DNA of 63,287 bases, the filler included, from Aduncisulcus paluster (taxonomy: Eukaryota): NCBI GenBank assembly GCA_024181965.1. It is 5 parts of 5 records of this genome, joined end to end, with 100 filler letters (N's around TTAATTAATTAA, not from the genome) between each part and the next. Parts side by side here need not be neighbours in the genome. Positions count along the whole stretch, not along the records: positions 32,627 to 42,696 come from BQXS01010002.1; positions 42,797 to 56,783 come from BQXS01010004.1; 3 more parts are not named here. One strand, 5' to 3'. How positions within the stretch are numbered: the stretch's first letter is position 1; each line of letters begins with the position of its first letter. Shown here piece by piece: positions 34,611-46,936 of this stretch. The position numbers and the translations under genes are program-made. The notes below the pieces were generated by a model. The model saw only the letters and a program-made list of their open reading frames with translations. It searched no databases and was not told the DNA's origin.

Positions 34611-37600
34611 TCATTTATGCTTCATTCTATGTTCGATAACTCCCAAACACTCATGGCATACGTATTGAGCTCCTTTCTTTTTCGATTCGCTATCCTTTTT
34701 CCAGAAATCGGAAAGACCTAACGTTTGGACATCTTTCTTTGTGCAGCATTGTCCACATGCATTACGTCCACAAACACGGCAATGATGTCTTCTTCTTCTC
34801 AAACTAAAATCATTGTGACAAACTTGACACCGTTTCAACTCCCTAATCCACGTTGGTTCCCTTGAAATATTACGGATAAGTAACATAACCATTTCTTTCT
34901 TTGGAGAAATGATGTTAAACACAGTCTGCTGATTGTTATTTTCAATTCCAACATCAGCTCCATGTTTAAGCAATACAGTTGAAATATGAGCATATCGTTC
35001 TGTTTCTGATCTAAGATTGGACACGGCCCTAAACAAAGCGGTGCGTCCCTGTTTATCTTGGGCATCTATATTGATGGCAACGCCAAAGGATAAAAACTCT
35101 TCAACAGTCGTTCCAATTCCATTAGAAACCAAAAGATGCAACGCAGTTTCTCCCTTCGCATTCCTTGCATTTACATCGACCTCCTCTGGATTTTCTTTGT
35201 AATATTTCAGCAATTTAAACAACAATTCAATATTGTGAGATGCGGCAGCCTTGTGAAGCGGAAGATCACCATCACTGTCTTCTTTCGAGAGATCTGCACC
35301 ACCCTTAAGAAGAGCATCCACGACTTTTCCACTTCTGTTATTGAGAATGGCAAGGTGGATGGGACAAAGACCCTCCATATTTGTAGGGTTCTGGGGGCTT
35401 CCATATTCGTACAAAAGCCGAACAATCTCAGACGAAGCATCCGAGGAGGAAGAGGATCTCGCAGCCAAATGAAGAGCTGTGTTTGCATGGAAATCTGGGA
35501 CAGAAACGACAGCAGCAGTGTCGAACTTGGAGCGACGTGAAGAAACAGCCAAAATATCACACAAATCATCCACTTCGGACATGGAAAGGATGCCCTCGGT
35601 ATTTTTGGCAAGAACGTGGCGATCTCCAACACAAAGAGCAATAAACAGCAAGTTTCCAACGCTTGCTGCAGTATGGATGGGTGTTCTACTCTTCGAATCA
35701 GGAATAGAACGGAGATTAGAATCACTCATTATCAAGTGATAAGCAAGCCGAATGACTCTTCTCCTCCTCTCCCATTTCACTAACAATTCTCTCTTTAAAC
35801 CAGAGTTATCAATCAGTCCTTTTTCCTTCACAAGCCGGTGGAGCATGGTTTCACCTTTCAAAGTGACCTTTTGGGTGCTTAGGGTGCATTGGGGAGATGC
35901 AAGTTTTGATAAACACGCAGCTAAGGCAAGAGGAGAAGGACACCAAGTCAAAGATGTGGAAAGAACCGAATGCTGGAGAGTTCCAAGATCAGTGAACGTA
36001 ATCGCCCCATACACCTCCCTTTTACCAATTTCAGCCCCCTTCCTGAGTATCCATTCAACACCAGCCTTATATCCGTGCTTAAGGGCAAGAAGAAGCGGAG
36101 TGTATCCCAAAAATGTCCTTGCAGAGGTCAGCAAAAGAGGAGAATTGGTGTGCAAATGGTGTAGCAATGCGAGCGGATGATGGACATGGGGATGAGATGA
36201 AGAAGGAAGAAGAGATGATGAGAAAGCAGAAATGATCGAGGAAGGCAGAGAATCGCTTGCAGAAGAGTTTGAGGATGAACCAATCTTCAATATCCTTCTC
36301 TTTCGTTCCTTCTTCACCCTTTCTTCCTTCCTTTCCCTAACCCTTTCTCGTCTACCTTCCTCTAAACAGATCTCCACTTCTCTTCTCGCCTTTCTCTCAT
36401 TCTCAGAACTCCACAGAGACAAACCAGAAGAATACAAGTGAGACAATGACCGCCCCATTGTATCGAACATACGTACATACCCGTCTGAAGTCGTGATAGC
36501 AAGAGGAGTGAAGGGTTGGATCGGAACTGATGAACCCAGGACAGGAGGCAATGGCGTTGAGATAGCTTGTGAAGAGAAAGGAGATGAGGATGAACCGCGT
36601 CCCCTACTCTGTTGCTGGGCTTGAGATGATAAGTCTGTGCCCATGTCATACATACCAATACTCATGGGACTGAAAGCTCCGTCCTCCTCAAATACGAGCG
36701 ATGTGGGTTGATGATTCATAATAGAGTCATCCTCAGAAACGGGTAGACTGGTCCTCCCATGTTCACTACTGCTCTCCCCCTGACCAACAGGGACCATTCC
36801 ATCTTCTTCAGTGCGCTCTCCATATAACGAAGACAAGACGTGGGCAGTGTTAACAGACCAAGTGGTAATGGAAGGAATGGAAGGTGCACACATGGAGACA
36901 CAATCACCAGATCCCCAAAACACGACACGAGGGGTTGACTGTGGCTCAGACAGGGAGAATACGACAGCCAGGGAGGGATATGAGCGTTGTTTCAATTTAG
37001 ATGCCCTCTTCTTCTCACGCATTTTCCACCTCAATCGTCTAAACCTCCTTCTCTTGAGGCCAAGAGCAACTCCGCCAATTCCTAATCCTCTTTCCCTCTC
37101 TCCTCTTACCCCTTCTCTGGGCCCTTCCATGAAACTTACAGTACTATCCTCAATTCCACTCACTTCACCCCCTCCCACGAACACTTCACTCATCTCTCCG
37201 TCACCAGCGGTGCTTTGAGACACATCAGCTGAGGATTCGAGCCCCACAATTGAGGAAAGATCAAGGAAAGAACTTCCCTCTTCATCACAAATGGATCTTT
37301 CGATAGAGGATCCAAGAGATGCACGTGATTTTCCGAGACCAAGAGAGGCTAAGAATTCCTTCTCTTCTGCAAGTTCTTTCTCAGAATCAAACCCATCTTC
37401 ATCCTTTTCCTTTAATAATACCCACACAGATGGCCAACAGCACACGACATCAGAAACATACACGTTTGAAGGAAGTGAAGGAGCAAACGAGGGAGTAATA
37501 CGCTTCGTATGGGTGGAATGGAGTTCTTTAGGACTGACAAGAGTGCATGAAGCCAATGAATGAACATGAATGGATGATTTGAATAGGGTTTCATAATCAA

Positions 37601-40600
37601 AAGAATATGCAAATGTTCTTCTCTTCTTACGCTTCTTCTTCTTTCCATTTTCCTCATTGCCTGCCTGTTCCTTTTCTTTTGTCTCATCTTCTTCCTTTTC
37701 TTCGAGTTTTGAGGCAACTTCCATTTCATCCTCTTCAGAGCTTGAAGCAATAGACGACTGATGTAATTCATTCGTTTGAAGCAATTCTGTACCATCACTT
37801 TCATCCCCATCAGATATAAGGCTTGATTCTTCATCGTGCCAATCTTCTTCATCGCGAAATTCATTTCTCAACCGCTCTTCCTCTTCTCTCCTTCTCCTCT
37901 CCTTCAACATTTCATTATCAAAAGCAGATTGTTCAGATTCTCGCTTCTTAAGTTCCTTTTCTCTTTGTATTTTTTCACGTTCGCGCTTTTGAATCCTCTC
38001 TTTCCTCTCTTCTTCTCTAATAATCTGCCAAGGGTCGACAGAAATGTCCACAACAAGGATATTTCTTCCATGAAGCCCAATCCAGAGAACCTCTCCAACA
38101 CATATGATCTCCCTTTCATTTTGAGGAGTACCGGCCAGAGACGACAAAGAATCGTTAGCGCCGACACTCAGAACCGGACAACCTCTTTCATATCTCAAGA
38201 CACAACCCACGCTCTCTCTGTCCTCGAGGAAAGCATGAACGAGTGAAGGAGGGATGTATCCTGATGTGGCTAAGAGTGTTGACAAGGATGACGTGGAGGC
38301 AGATAGGCTAGAATATATGGAAACAGATCCAGGGGGTGGCGAAGAGGTGCTAATGCGAGAAGAGTGACTCTTCAAAAGATCTGAATGTTTCAAAAGACCA
38401 AGGCTGGAAGCTGCAGGTACAGATGCAAATGATGAAGCTCGATATAAATGCGAATAATGGTCAGATTGAAGTTTAAACACACATACAAACTCATCTACAT
38501 CATCCTCCTCTTCCTCTTCACGTTCTGAAGAAATTGGTTTAGTAGTTTGTCCATATTTACCTCTAAATGTGCTCTGGGTTGCTGTTTTTTGCTCTCTTTC
38601 CTCCCAACGTTTTTCTTTGGCCCTGATCTTCTCGTCACGATGTTCGTAAACACATACTTGTCCATTTGTCTCACACAGACATGCAATAACAATGTCTCTT
38701 CCACCGACTTCCATCGGAATGAGCTTTGTGGGTAACATGGGTATATCTGATTTGGATAGAGAGAAAGATTCGTCGGGTTTGTTTCCTTTCTTTCCTTTCT
38801 TTTCCTTCAATTCCTTTTTCTGCCTCTTCTTAACGGGAGAACTCATGTCAATGTTAAAGGTATATATCAAAGAATATTCGACAACTGTTTGTGAAGCAAG
38901 ATTTCTGTGTTCTCTTCTACGACGGCTTCGTTCTCCTCTTTGTTCCTTCTTATGGTCCATTCCACCAACTTTAAGTCGTTCAACCCTTTCAAGGATGTGA
39001 CAACGACACAATTCATCACACACACAGACACGAGTGGCATCAACTTCACAAATACACACAATACCAATGGAAACACTGGACATGGAAGTGGATCCGGGAG
39101 TTAGAGGAGTCGAATAATCGCTGGTGGGACCTGCAATATCATACCCAAGTTCACCCGTTATTCCTCCAATCGGAGATATTGGGGATGGAAGGGGAATATT
39201 CATGATATACTCAAGATCTCCATTGCTCTGGTTCAAAACACTCACATTACTCCCACTGTGTTTAGCCACACCAGACACATCCAAGGGAATTTCATGCTTA
39301 CATGTTGGACTGACCCAAGTCCACACAGAACCATGGACGGAAGCAAATGAAGGGAACGGCCTTGAGGGCCATGGAATGCCAGCATGTGAAGCCAATGAGA
39401 TAGNNNNNNNNNNNNNNNNNNNNTTCAAAACACTCACATTACTCCCACTGTGTTTAGCCACACCAGACACATCCAAGGGAATTTCATGCTTACATGTTGG
39501 ACTGACCCAAGTCCACACAGAACCATGGACGGAAGCAAATGAAGGGAACGGCCTTGAGGGCCATGGAATGCCAGCATGTGAAGCCAATGAGATAGGAACA
39601 TATGTACCAACCTCAGCTACTTGCATATCATGATATTTCCCCTTACCATGTTCCTTTGTTCCTTTCCTGAAGGGACGTTGAGATATGGAATCGGGTGACA
39701 ATAGTCCTCTTGGATGAGAACTATGAGGGGGATGAGAGGTGTGATGACGAGAAGATTTGTAATTTGAATGTGGCGTGTACAGAGCTCTAGAAGACTCTCC
39801 ATGACGAGAGTGACGAGTACGATGAATTGTTGTGATCTCTTCATGCGGTGCAGGCAAATGTTTGTGAGATAAGTGGAATATCTTTTTGTAAGTGGCATTG
39901 TTACCTTGAGAAAGAACAATATCGACACATGAACCAACTGAAAATCGATTCCCGTTGCTCCCAGCCTTAATGGCAGCCTCCAGAACATCACGAGAAACAC
40001 CTGAGGTATGAGAATAAGTATCGAGTAAATCCTCAGTCTCGTCTTTATCATGCAAATCAAACGCAAGGACGATGGACCACATGTAGTGATCAGCGAAGAA
40101 TGAAGACAGAGGACGTAACACGGAAAGATTTATGGGAGTATTCTCATTGATAACCATCGGGGAAGACTGAACAGTATTTGGAATATCAGCTTCTCCTTTA
40201 GTGCCCTTCCTGGCTTCTTTCGGTCTGTCCGTCTGACCAGAATCATTCACAAGATCATCTGCACCTTCTTCCCTCAACTTCCTTGACATCACCAAGACTC
40301 CACTCACTTTGCCTCGAGCAGAGTGCAAAGGGGCTGGGATATTCAATCTCCTTACCAGGGTTGGGTAAAACACATCAGGGAGCGAGTGTGTTGATGTATG
40401 CCCTTTTCTTTGGACAACCATACTGCTATAAGGACCCACACAGAGGAGAGGAGTTAGTGCTGTAGTGTCGAAGAGAGGTTGGATTCTTGGGTGAGCTAGG
40501 TGGAAAGCAAAGAATCGAAGAAGGTTAGGTTTCACAGAATAAACACCTTCCATCCCACCAACCTCAACGAGGACCTTGACACATCCAATGTGACCATATA

Positions 40601-42696
40601 GGGCAGCATAGTGAAGTGGAGTGTATCCTTTCTCATCGAATAATGTTGGATAGTGTTTTGGACGATGTGAACGATACTGTTCTTTCTGAGAATGGGAAGT
40701 ATTGAGTGCAGAAATTACTTGAGCTGCAGACGACACATCGAACAAACGAAGAACAACCTTATCGAGATCTTTTGGAGATATTGACACCGCCACTGACGAA
40801 GATCCAGACAAGGACGATGTGATGGAACTAAGAAGTTCGTCCTCCTCTTCCCCACTCCAAGGCCCACCTCTTCTTCGAGTTTTCCTTGATAATGAACCAC
40901 TACCGATGGAAGAACCAGAATACTCAGAAAGGAAATCGCTACTAGCACTTCCTCTTCTATTTCTTTCCCTTGTGATCTGCTCTAAGTAAAGTTCTTCGCA
41001 TCCTTCCACCTTTCGTTCACACACCATATGGAGCAATTTATCATCTCCAACGCGACAAGCCTCGTGAATGAGTGTACTGCGAGAAGTGTCAGAGGGAATA
41101 GATGGACAAGCACCGTGCGATAGTAGAAGACGAACAAGATCAACGGACCCACATTTCCAAGCAATATGAGTCGGTGTTTCACCTTGGTTATTGGTGTGAT
41201 TGAGAGAAGAGGCAAACAAATGCGAGCAAAGGAAACCATGGGGAGTCCTTGAAGGCTGTAAATGCCCCTCGCGGTAGAGTGTAGTGTCAAGGTCAGATTC
41301 GGAGATATGATAGAATCCAATCCTGCACATCCATACTTTGAGAATGTCACAGAGACATCGAGCCATTGCGGAACAAGAGGAACTAGCACCAGAATCAGGA
41401 TCAACAGCAAGTTTAACAGATAATGTTGGATCCCACGTACACAGTTTGCATAGTAGATGGAGAACAGTATCTCCAGTATTGTTGGGACTGAGACCTGCAG
41501 TTTCAGCGCCATGATCAAGCAAAAATAGGAGAGATGACATCACAGAGTGGAATCGAGCTGGGAGAACACCAACACTGGCGGATAGATCAGGATGAGAGCT
41601 CCCATGTCGATTTGTCTTTGCTCGATTTCCTTCACTTGACACAACAGCTCTATTTTCAGTGACTTGTCTCTGGCCAGCATTCCTTTCAAGGATAGCCATA
41701 GCATTTTTTACAAGACAATGCATACATGTATCACCTTCCTCATCCACGGCTCCCAAGATATACACACCGGCCATGTATTCGTTCATACTTTCCACACTAA
41801 AATTGGCTTCAACATCACCATACAAAGCATGGAAATGTGAGAGTGGAGGCGAGGAAGCCAAAGGAGAAGAGGAAAGAGGAGTGATAGAAGAGATTGGAGA
41901 AACATATGTCTTTGAGGATGAAAAAGAATAGAAAGAGGTACTTTTGGAGGCAGATTCAGTTTCAGTTTTGCTTGAACTTGCCTCGATCGCTCCCTTTTCA
42001 ACTCTGTCAGGAGACATTGAAGCATCATTTGCACTCCCCCCCCCAAATAACAATGAGTGCGAATACTTCTTAAATACACCCCTGGCACCCACGATAGTCC
42101 TCAGAGCAACTTCTTCAAGAATATTCTTTGTCCCACCGACATCACACCCGAATATATTCCTCACAACAACGGCAGAGCAGGATGGAGAAGTGCTCGTGAC
42201 AGCTAGAGAGAAAGGGAATTCACTTGAAATGGGGAGAGAATCGTGTTCTTTGGATTGGAGCTGGGCTTCTCTTTCTCTCTCTCTCTCTTCTTCGCGCTTC
42301 TTCCGAGCATCAAGTTTTTGTTCTTCACGTTCTTTCTCTTCATCTCTTTTCTTTTCTTCATTATGAATATCCCCAAAACCACCAATAATTTCTACAGATA
42401 CAATTTTTTGTTTGCGTTCCTTTTTCCTTTCCTTTCTTTCCTTTCTTTCTTTCTTCTCCCTTTTTTCTTTCTCTTTTCTCAATTGTTCTCTCTTTATCTT
42501 GTTTTCCTTAGCTTTTAGATTTAATTCAAACTCTTTAGCCGTGTGTGATAATTTGTTGGCATTTTTACAAGCAAAATGGAGAGGAAGTCGGCCATCAATA
42601 TCTCTTTGTAACAATTGAGTGAACAAAGGATCCGCAGCGATGGAAGCACGCTTAACAATATCTTGAATAATCTCCCCGTTACTATTTTTAACCTTT
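34611..42696 (-). CDS. Very large ankyrin-repeat protein with a C-terminal FYVE finger, 5'-partial
   Basis: Many ankyrin repeats (GRLPLHFAC, GDTVLHLLC, GETPTHIAW, GYTPLHYAA, GDLPLHKAA, GETALHLLV, GRTALFRAV). FYVE: W..CQVCHNDFSLRRRRHHCRVCGRNACGQC...VCHEC. Open to the contig edge. Confidence 0.9.
39232..39595. other. Scaffold gap (20 N, 39404-39423) with duplicated flanks; assembly artefact
   Basis: 39232-39403 is repeated at 39424-39595; 172+20 nt happens to preserve the frame. Confidence 0.95.
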
Positions 42697-42796
42697 NNNN
42701 NNNNNNNNNNNNNNNNNNNNNNNNNNNNNNNNNNNNNNNNTTAATTAATTAANNNNNNNNNNNNNNNNNNNNNNNNNNNNNNNNNNNNNNNNNNNN
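42697..42796. other. Artificial contig linker N44-TTAATTAATTAA-N44
   Basis: Same linker. Confidence 0.98.
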
Positions 42797-45700
42797 GCTT
42801 TAAAACGGATTAATAGCGGAGAGATTAAAGCTTTGTCATTGGATGATAGACGTGGTGATCCTGATTCTATTCCTCCTCCTCTTCCTCCTTCCGCTTCTTC
42901 ACATGGTGGTATGTCTCAGATATCCCATCGTTTAGGTTCTCTAAGAACACATGGAACCAGTCATGAATCACGTATTTCTACTGGAGCCAACAACAACAAC
43001 AATACTACAACATCATCTTCTTCTCCTCATTCTCATCCTTCTCAGCTCTTACCTAATCAAGAAGATGATTCTCATGGTCATTTAGCACCTCATTTGGTCT
43101 CCAATCCTTTATTTACACATGTCCTTGACCTCGAGAGAGAGAGACAGTGGCTTGGAGAGTCAGGAAAAGAAGGTGGGAAAGGAAGAGAGAGACAATGGGA
43201 AACATCAAGACTTAAACAGCGTCTCTCCAAGCACAGTGATAACAAGCGTGGTGATACTAAGCGTACTGACAGACATGATCCTACTAGTACTTCTCCTTAT
43301 AAGGATCTACACGGCAGTACAGGTCGTGGTCATGACCCTGTATATCAAGTCAGCAATGGAAGTGGAACAAGAACAGACGCTGACTGCACTGATAGTCAAC
43401 ATTCTTCAAGCAGGTTGGGTATAAACAACACAACTGATGGCACAAGCACCACAGATGGCACAAGCACCACAGATGGCACAACTGATGGAACAACGAGTGA
43501 TGGAACAACGAGTGAGGTGGATAGTATGTATGCTTTCAGACGTCGTATTGGTCATTACAATACTCTCTCTGACGAATGGGGCAGTGTTGTCGGTGTTACT
43601 GGCAGTGCCATCGTTGAAGGAGATATTAGAGACCAAGGACAAATAATTCTTGGTGGGGATGGTGAGTTTGGACATGATCATGAAGCTGGTTCTCCATCAG
43701 CACAATCAGCTGTATCAGCAGGTGATAGAGTCATTGTAGAGCAGAGTGATGTTCATGAACTTATACAGCACGATAGAAGAGAGAGAGAAGCAATGGAAGG
43801 TGTTGGTATTGATTCCGAACAAACACTTGCTCCGGATGTCCAAACTTCTCCAGATATTATGGATATTCCTGTAATGGAGATTAATCCCTTGCGTCTTAAA
43901 GGTATTGTTGGAAATCAAGCTAAAGGTAAGACATATCCAACATCAGGTCGGAAAACATATGCTCAAATGCGTGCTCAACATTCATCTCAACAAAAAAATG
44001 GGGGAGGATCGTCTTTTTCTTCCTTTTCTCGGCAAGGTCGTGGGACAAGGAGTTCTCTTGGTACAGCTAGAAGCGAGCTTAAGTCCAGGATAACTCACTC
44101 GCATCTGAAAGCTTATACACACACCCACACGCATCTGCAGACCCATTCAGAGAGAGAGAGAAGCATTCACTGCTCTTACTGTACGTCATGAGGGTACACG
44201 AACACTTCAAGATGGAAGGTTTATTGAGACAGACGATGATGTTACTGCTGTTCTTAAGAAAGCATTGAAGGATGAAGAAGAGAGGGGGAAAATATTCGAA
44301 TCATACGATAGAGAAAAGGAGGAGAAGAGATCGTTGTCCGTTAAGAAGAAAGAGAAGAATTCCAAAAATGGACTTTCTCAAGCTCAACCACGTAGAGTTG
44401 GGTTTGCTCTTCCTTCTCAAACCGAATCTATTCCTAGATCGGGGGGTATTATGCCTTTGGGAATCGGTGTGGTGGGTGTGAGTACCTCTTCTCATTCTCC
44501 CTCACATGTTAGAGAAGAAGAACAACAACAACATACTGATAATAATACTGAAAATAATGATGATTTTGATGATGATATTCGTCATGCGTCATCAAGTTCA
44601 CAGATATCATCTTCCTCTTTCTCTTCCTCTTTCTTCTCTCGTCCTCTTACAATACACAATACATTCCATCAGATGTCACCCTTGCCAGCATCTGCCAGTT
44701 CTCCTTTCCCTTCTTCATCCTCATCCTCTTCAAAGCCCAACCCCATTGGTTTCTCCTCTTCTCCTTCAACTTCTTTCTCACATACTTTACTGACATCTCA
44801 CTCACCTTATGTACAGTTTGGAGATATATCTTGTACATCTGCAGGTCTTGTAAATGCTCTAAAAACTATGATTACGTCTTACTCAAGTGATATGGTTAGG
44901 TTTGAGAAATATGTCGATACTTGTGTTCGTTGTTCAATAGAGTTTCTCAGCAGCAAGACAAATGTATCTAAAATTAGAAAAAGGTTACATCGAATGCGTC
45001 AAAAATATGATCGTCAGCAGGAAATGTACACTGGTGCTCTTGAGAAATCACGTAAGAGAGGCTTGTATCTTGAAAAACAAGAGGAAGAGAGAGAGAGGAA
45101 AGAAGCTTGGGGATTCATAGCCGATCATGCCACTGGAGTAGATAAAGCTTTGCGTGGGCTTGTGATTGGTACAAGTGCTGAAAAAGAACGTGAAAGTGGT
45201 CTTGTCAATGCTGATCATCAACATAATACTCAGATCTCTTCTTCTGCTTCTTCTTCTGCTGCTGCTTCAAATGGTATTTTTGATGATATTGGTGATGATG
45301 TTGGAGATGCTGATGATGTTGAGAAAGTTCCGCCGATGAATAGATTCGAATCTCTATCGTTTTTGGCCGAAAAAGAACGGTACAGAACGTGGACAAAGCA
45401 AATGGAGCTCATTTCTTCGACTCGATCCTCTCTACTTCTCTTGCCACCCTCTGCTTTGACTCTCTCACAGAAACAATTGTCTGTTGCATATGTACGCTTT
45501 GAGGAACGTCAGAGTTTGATTTCTGCCTTTGATACAGCTTCACAAAGAGTTGGAGCTGTCATCAAAGGAAGTAAGAAAAATAGATTTAAATTTACAATCC
45601 CTGTGAGAATGCTCTTTAGTGTTGCCGAAAGAGGTCGTGTGAGAGATGTTCTGAAGAAAAAGGAGCTTGAAGAGCAGCAAGTTAATGAAATTAAACAGGA

Positions 45701-46052
45701 ATTATTAGGTGAAATGGAAGTTCTTTCTCGATCCTCAAAAGGTTCTTCTTCTTCTTCGGCTTCTTCAACAACTCTTTCGGCTGTAGCCGGTGGTGAGGGT
45801 GTTGATGATCATGGGCAAGAACAGTTGCCAGTGGGGGATGATATAGAAGTGTCCACAAAGAAAGATTTTTCGACTAATTCCGAAGGTTCTTCGCAGGAAA
45901 AGAAAGAGGAAGCTCGGTCTGTTATTGATAGGATGTTCGCTTCTTCAAAGTTCTTTTCTTCTTCCACTCTTCGTACCGCTTCTCCACGCTCCTTCCAGTC
46001 ACCTCGGAGAGACTCTTCAAGATATCACTTGGCAAAAAAGGGGAACATTTAA
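42797..46052 (+). CDS. Probable single 5'-partial gene (disordered N-part, helical/coiled-coil C-part) split by a frameshift at a dinucleotide microsatellite
   Basis: The frame of ORF 44265..46052 is open back to 44109 and overlaps ORF 42833..44191; adding one AG to (AG)6 at 44149-44160 fuses them. Confidence 0.65.
43430..43516 (+). repeat. Coding minisatellite TTDGTS/TTDG/TTSDG
   Basis: GATGGCACAAGCACCACA x2, then GATGGAACAACGAGT x2. Confidence 0.85.
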
Positions 46053-46398
46053 AGTTTAAAGTTTAAACATTGAAAAGCCGTAATTGTTATTGATTTAAAG
46101 GAGAGGAAACATTTATTATATTTTCTTTATCAATTTTTTGGCTGAATAATTCCTCAACTTGACTTACTCAAGTGTTTAAAATTTTAAATTTATATTACAA
46201 AATGTATAACCATTTGAAGATTGGAAGTGCATTTAAGTGCACACAAATTGTATTGACAAATAGTTTCCGTTCATATCATCTATTGTATATTGCAATTACA
46301 TAGTGTACAGGACGTAAACTGTTTAGAGAACTTGAATAAACTGTTTACATCATTAATAGACGATTACTGTCAATTCACATGCCTAGAAAGTGCATGTT

Positions 46399-46585
46399 TC
46401 AAAAATGTTTTTTTATAATTTCTTGAAGAAGTACAGTATAACTTGCATCCCAACCAAGATAACAGTTACCAAGATATCTTGAATAATCTTCACTCCAACC
46501 CCCATTATTCTTGCACCATTCCATGTTGGTATCATATTTAGGAGATATGTGAGGAACAAGAGATGGAACAGTGGAGAACATGGAA
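46399..46585 (-). pseudogene. Isolated fragment of the kinase-associated giant repeat (repeat C-terminal end)
   Basis: MFSTVPSLVPHISPKYDTNMEWCKNNGGWSEDYSRYLGNCY versus MLSTVPSLVPEISPKYDTSMEWCKEWCYINGEYSEVYSRYLGNCY; 46510-46585 matches 17402-17477 at 69/76 nt by hand count. Confidence 0.85.
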
Positions 46586-46936
46586 GCATATTTTTAACGA
46601 TATCGAAATAAAAACGGAACAAATACTACAATATTCAATATATTAATCTATATTAATCAATACATGGGTATGTTCGGCAATATAATATGTCCGTCGAGTT
46701 GTTTAGATGTCTTGTTGCAGTAGAAAAAGATAATGGATCTAAAAATAGCAAGGGAATTGAGAAAGTAACCAAATCCATCATGATTTCTGTCAGTAATACA
46801 TACCATTTTACAATAATTATACAACAATACACAAATACACAAACAATACAATGGGTACTATCTGCACACACAATCAGTCACCCACCCACTACCCCCCAGC
46901 CCCCCCATACTTTCTCAATAGCTCTATATTTAGCTC

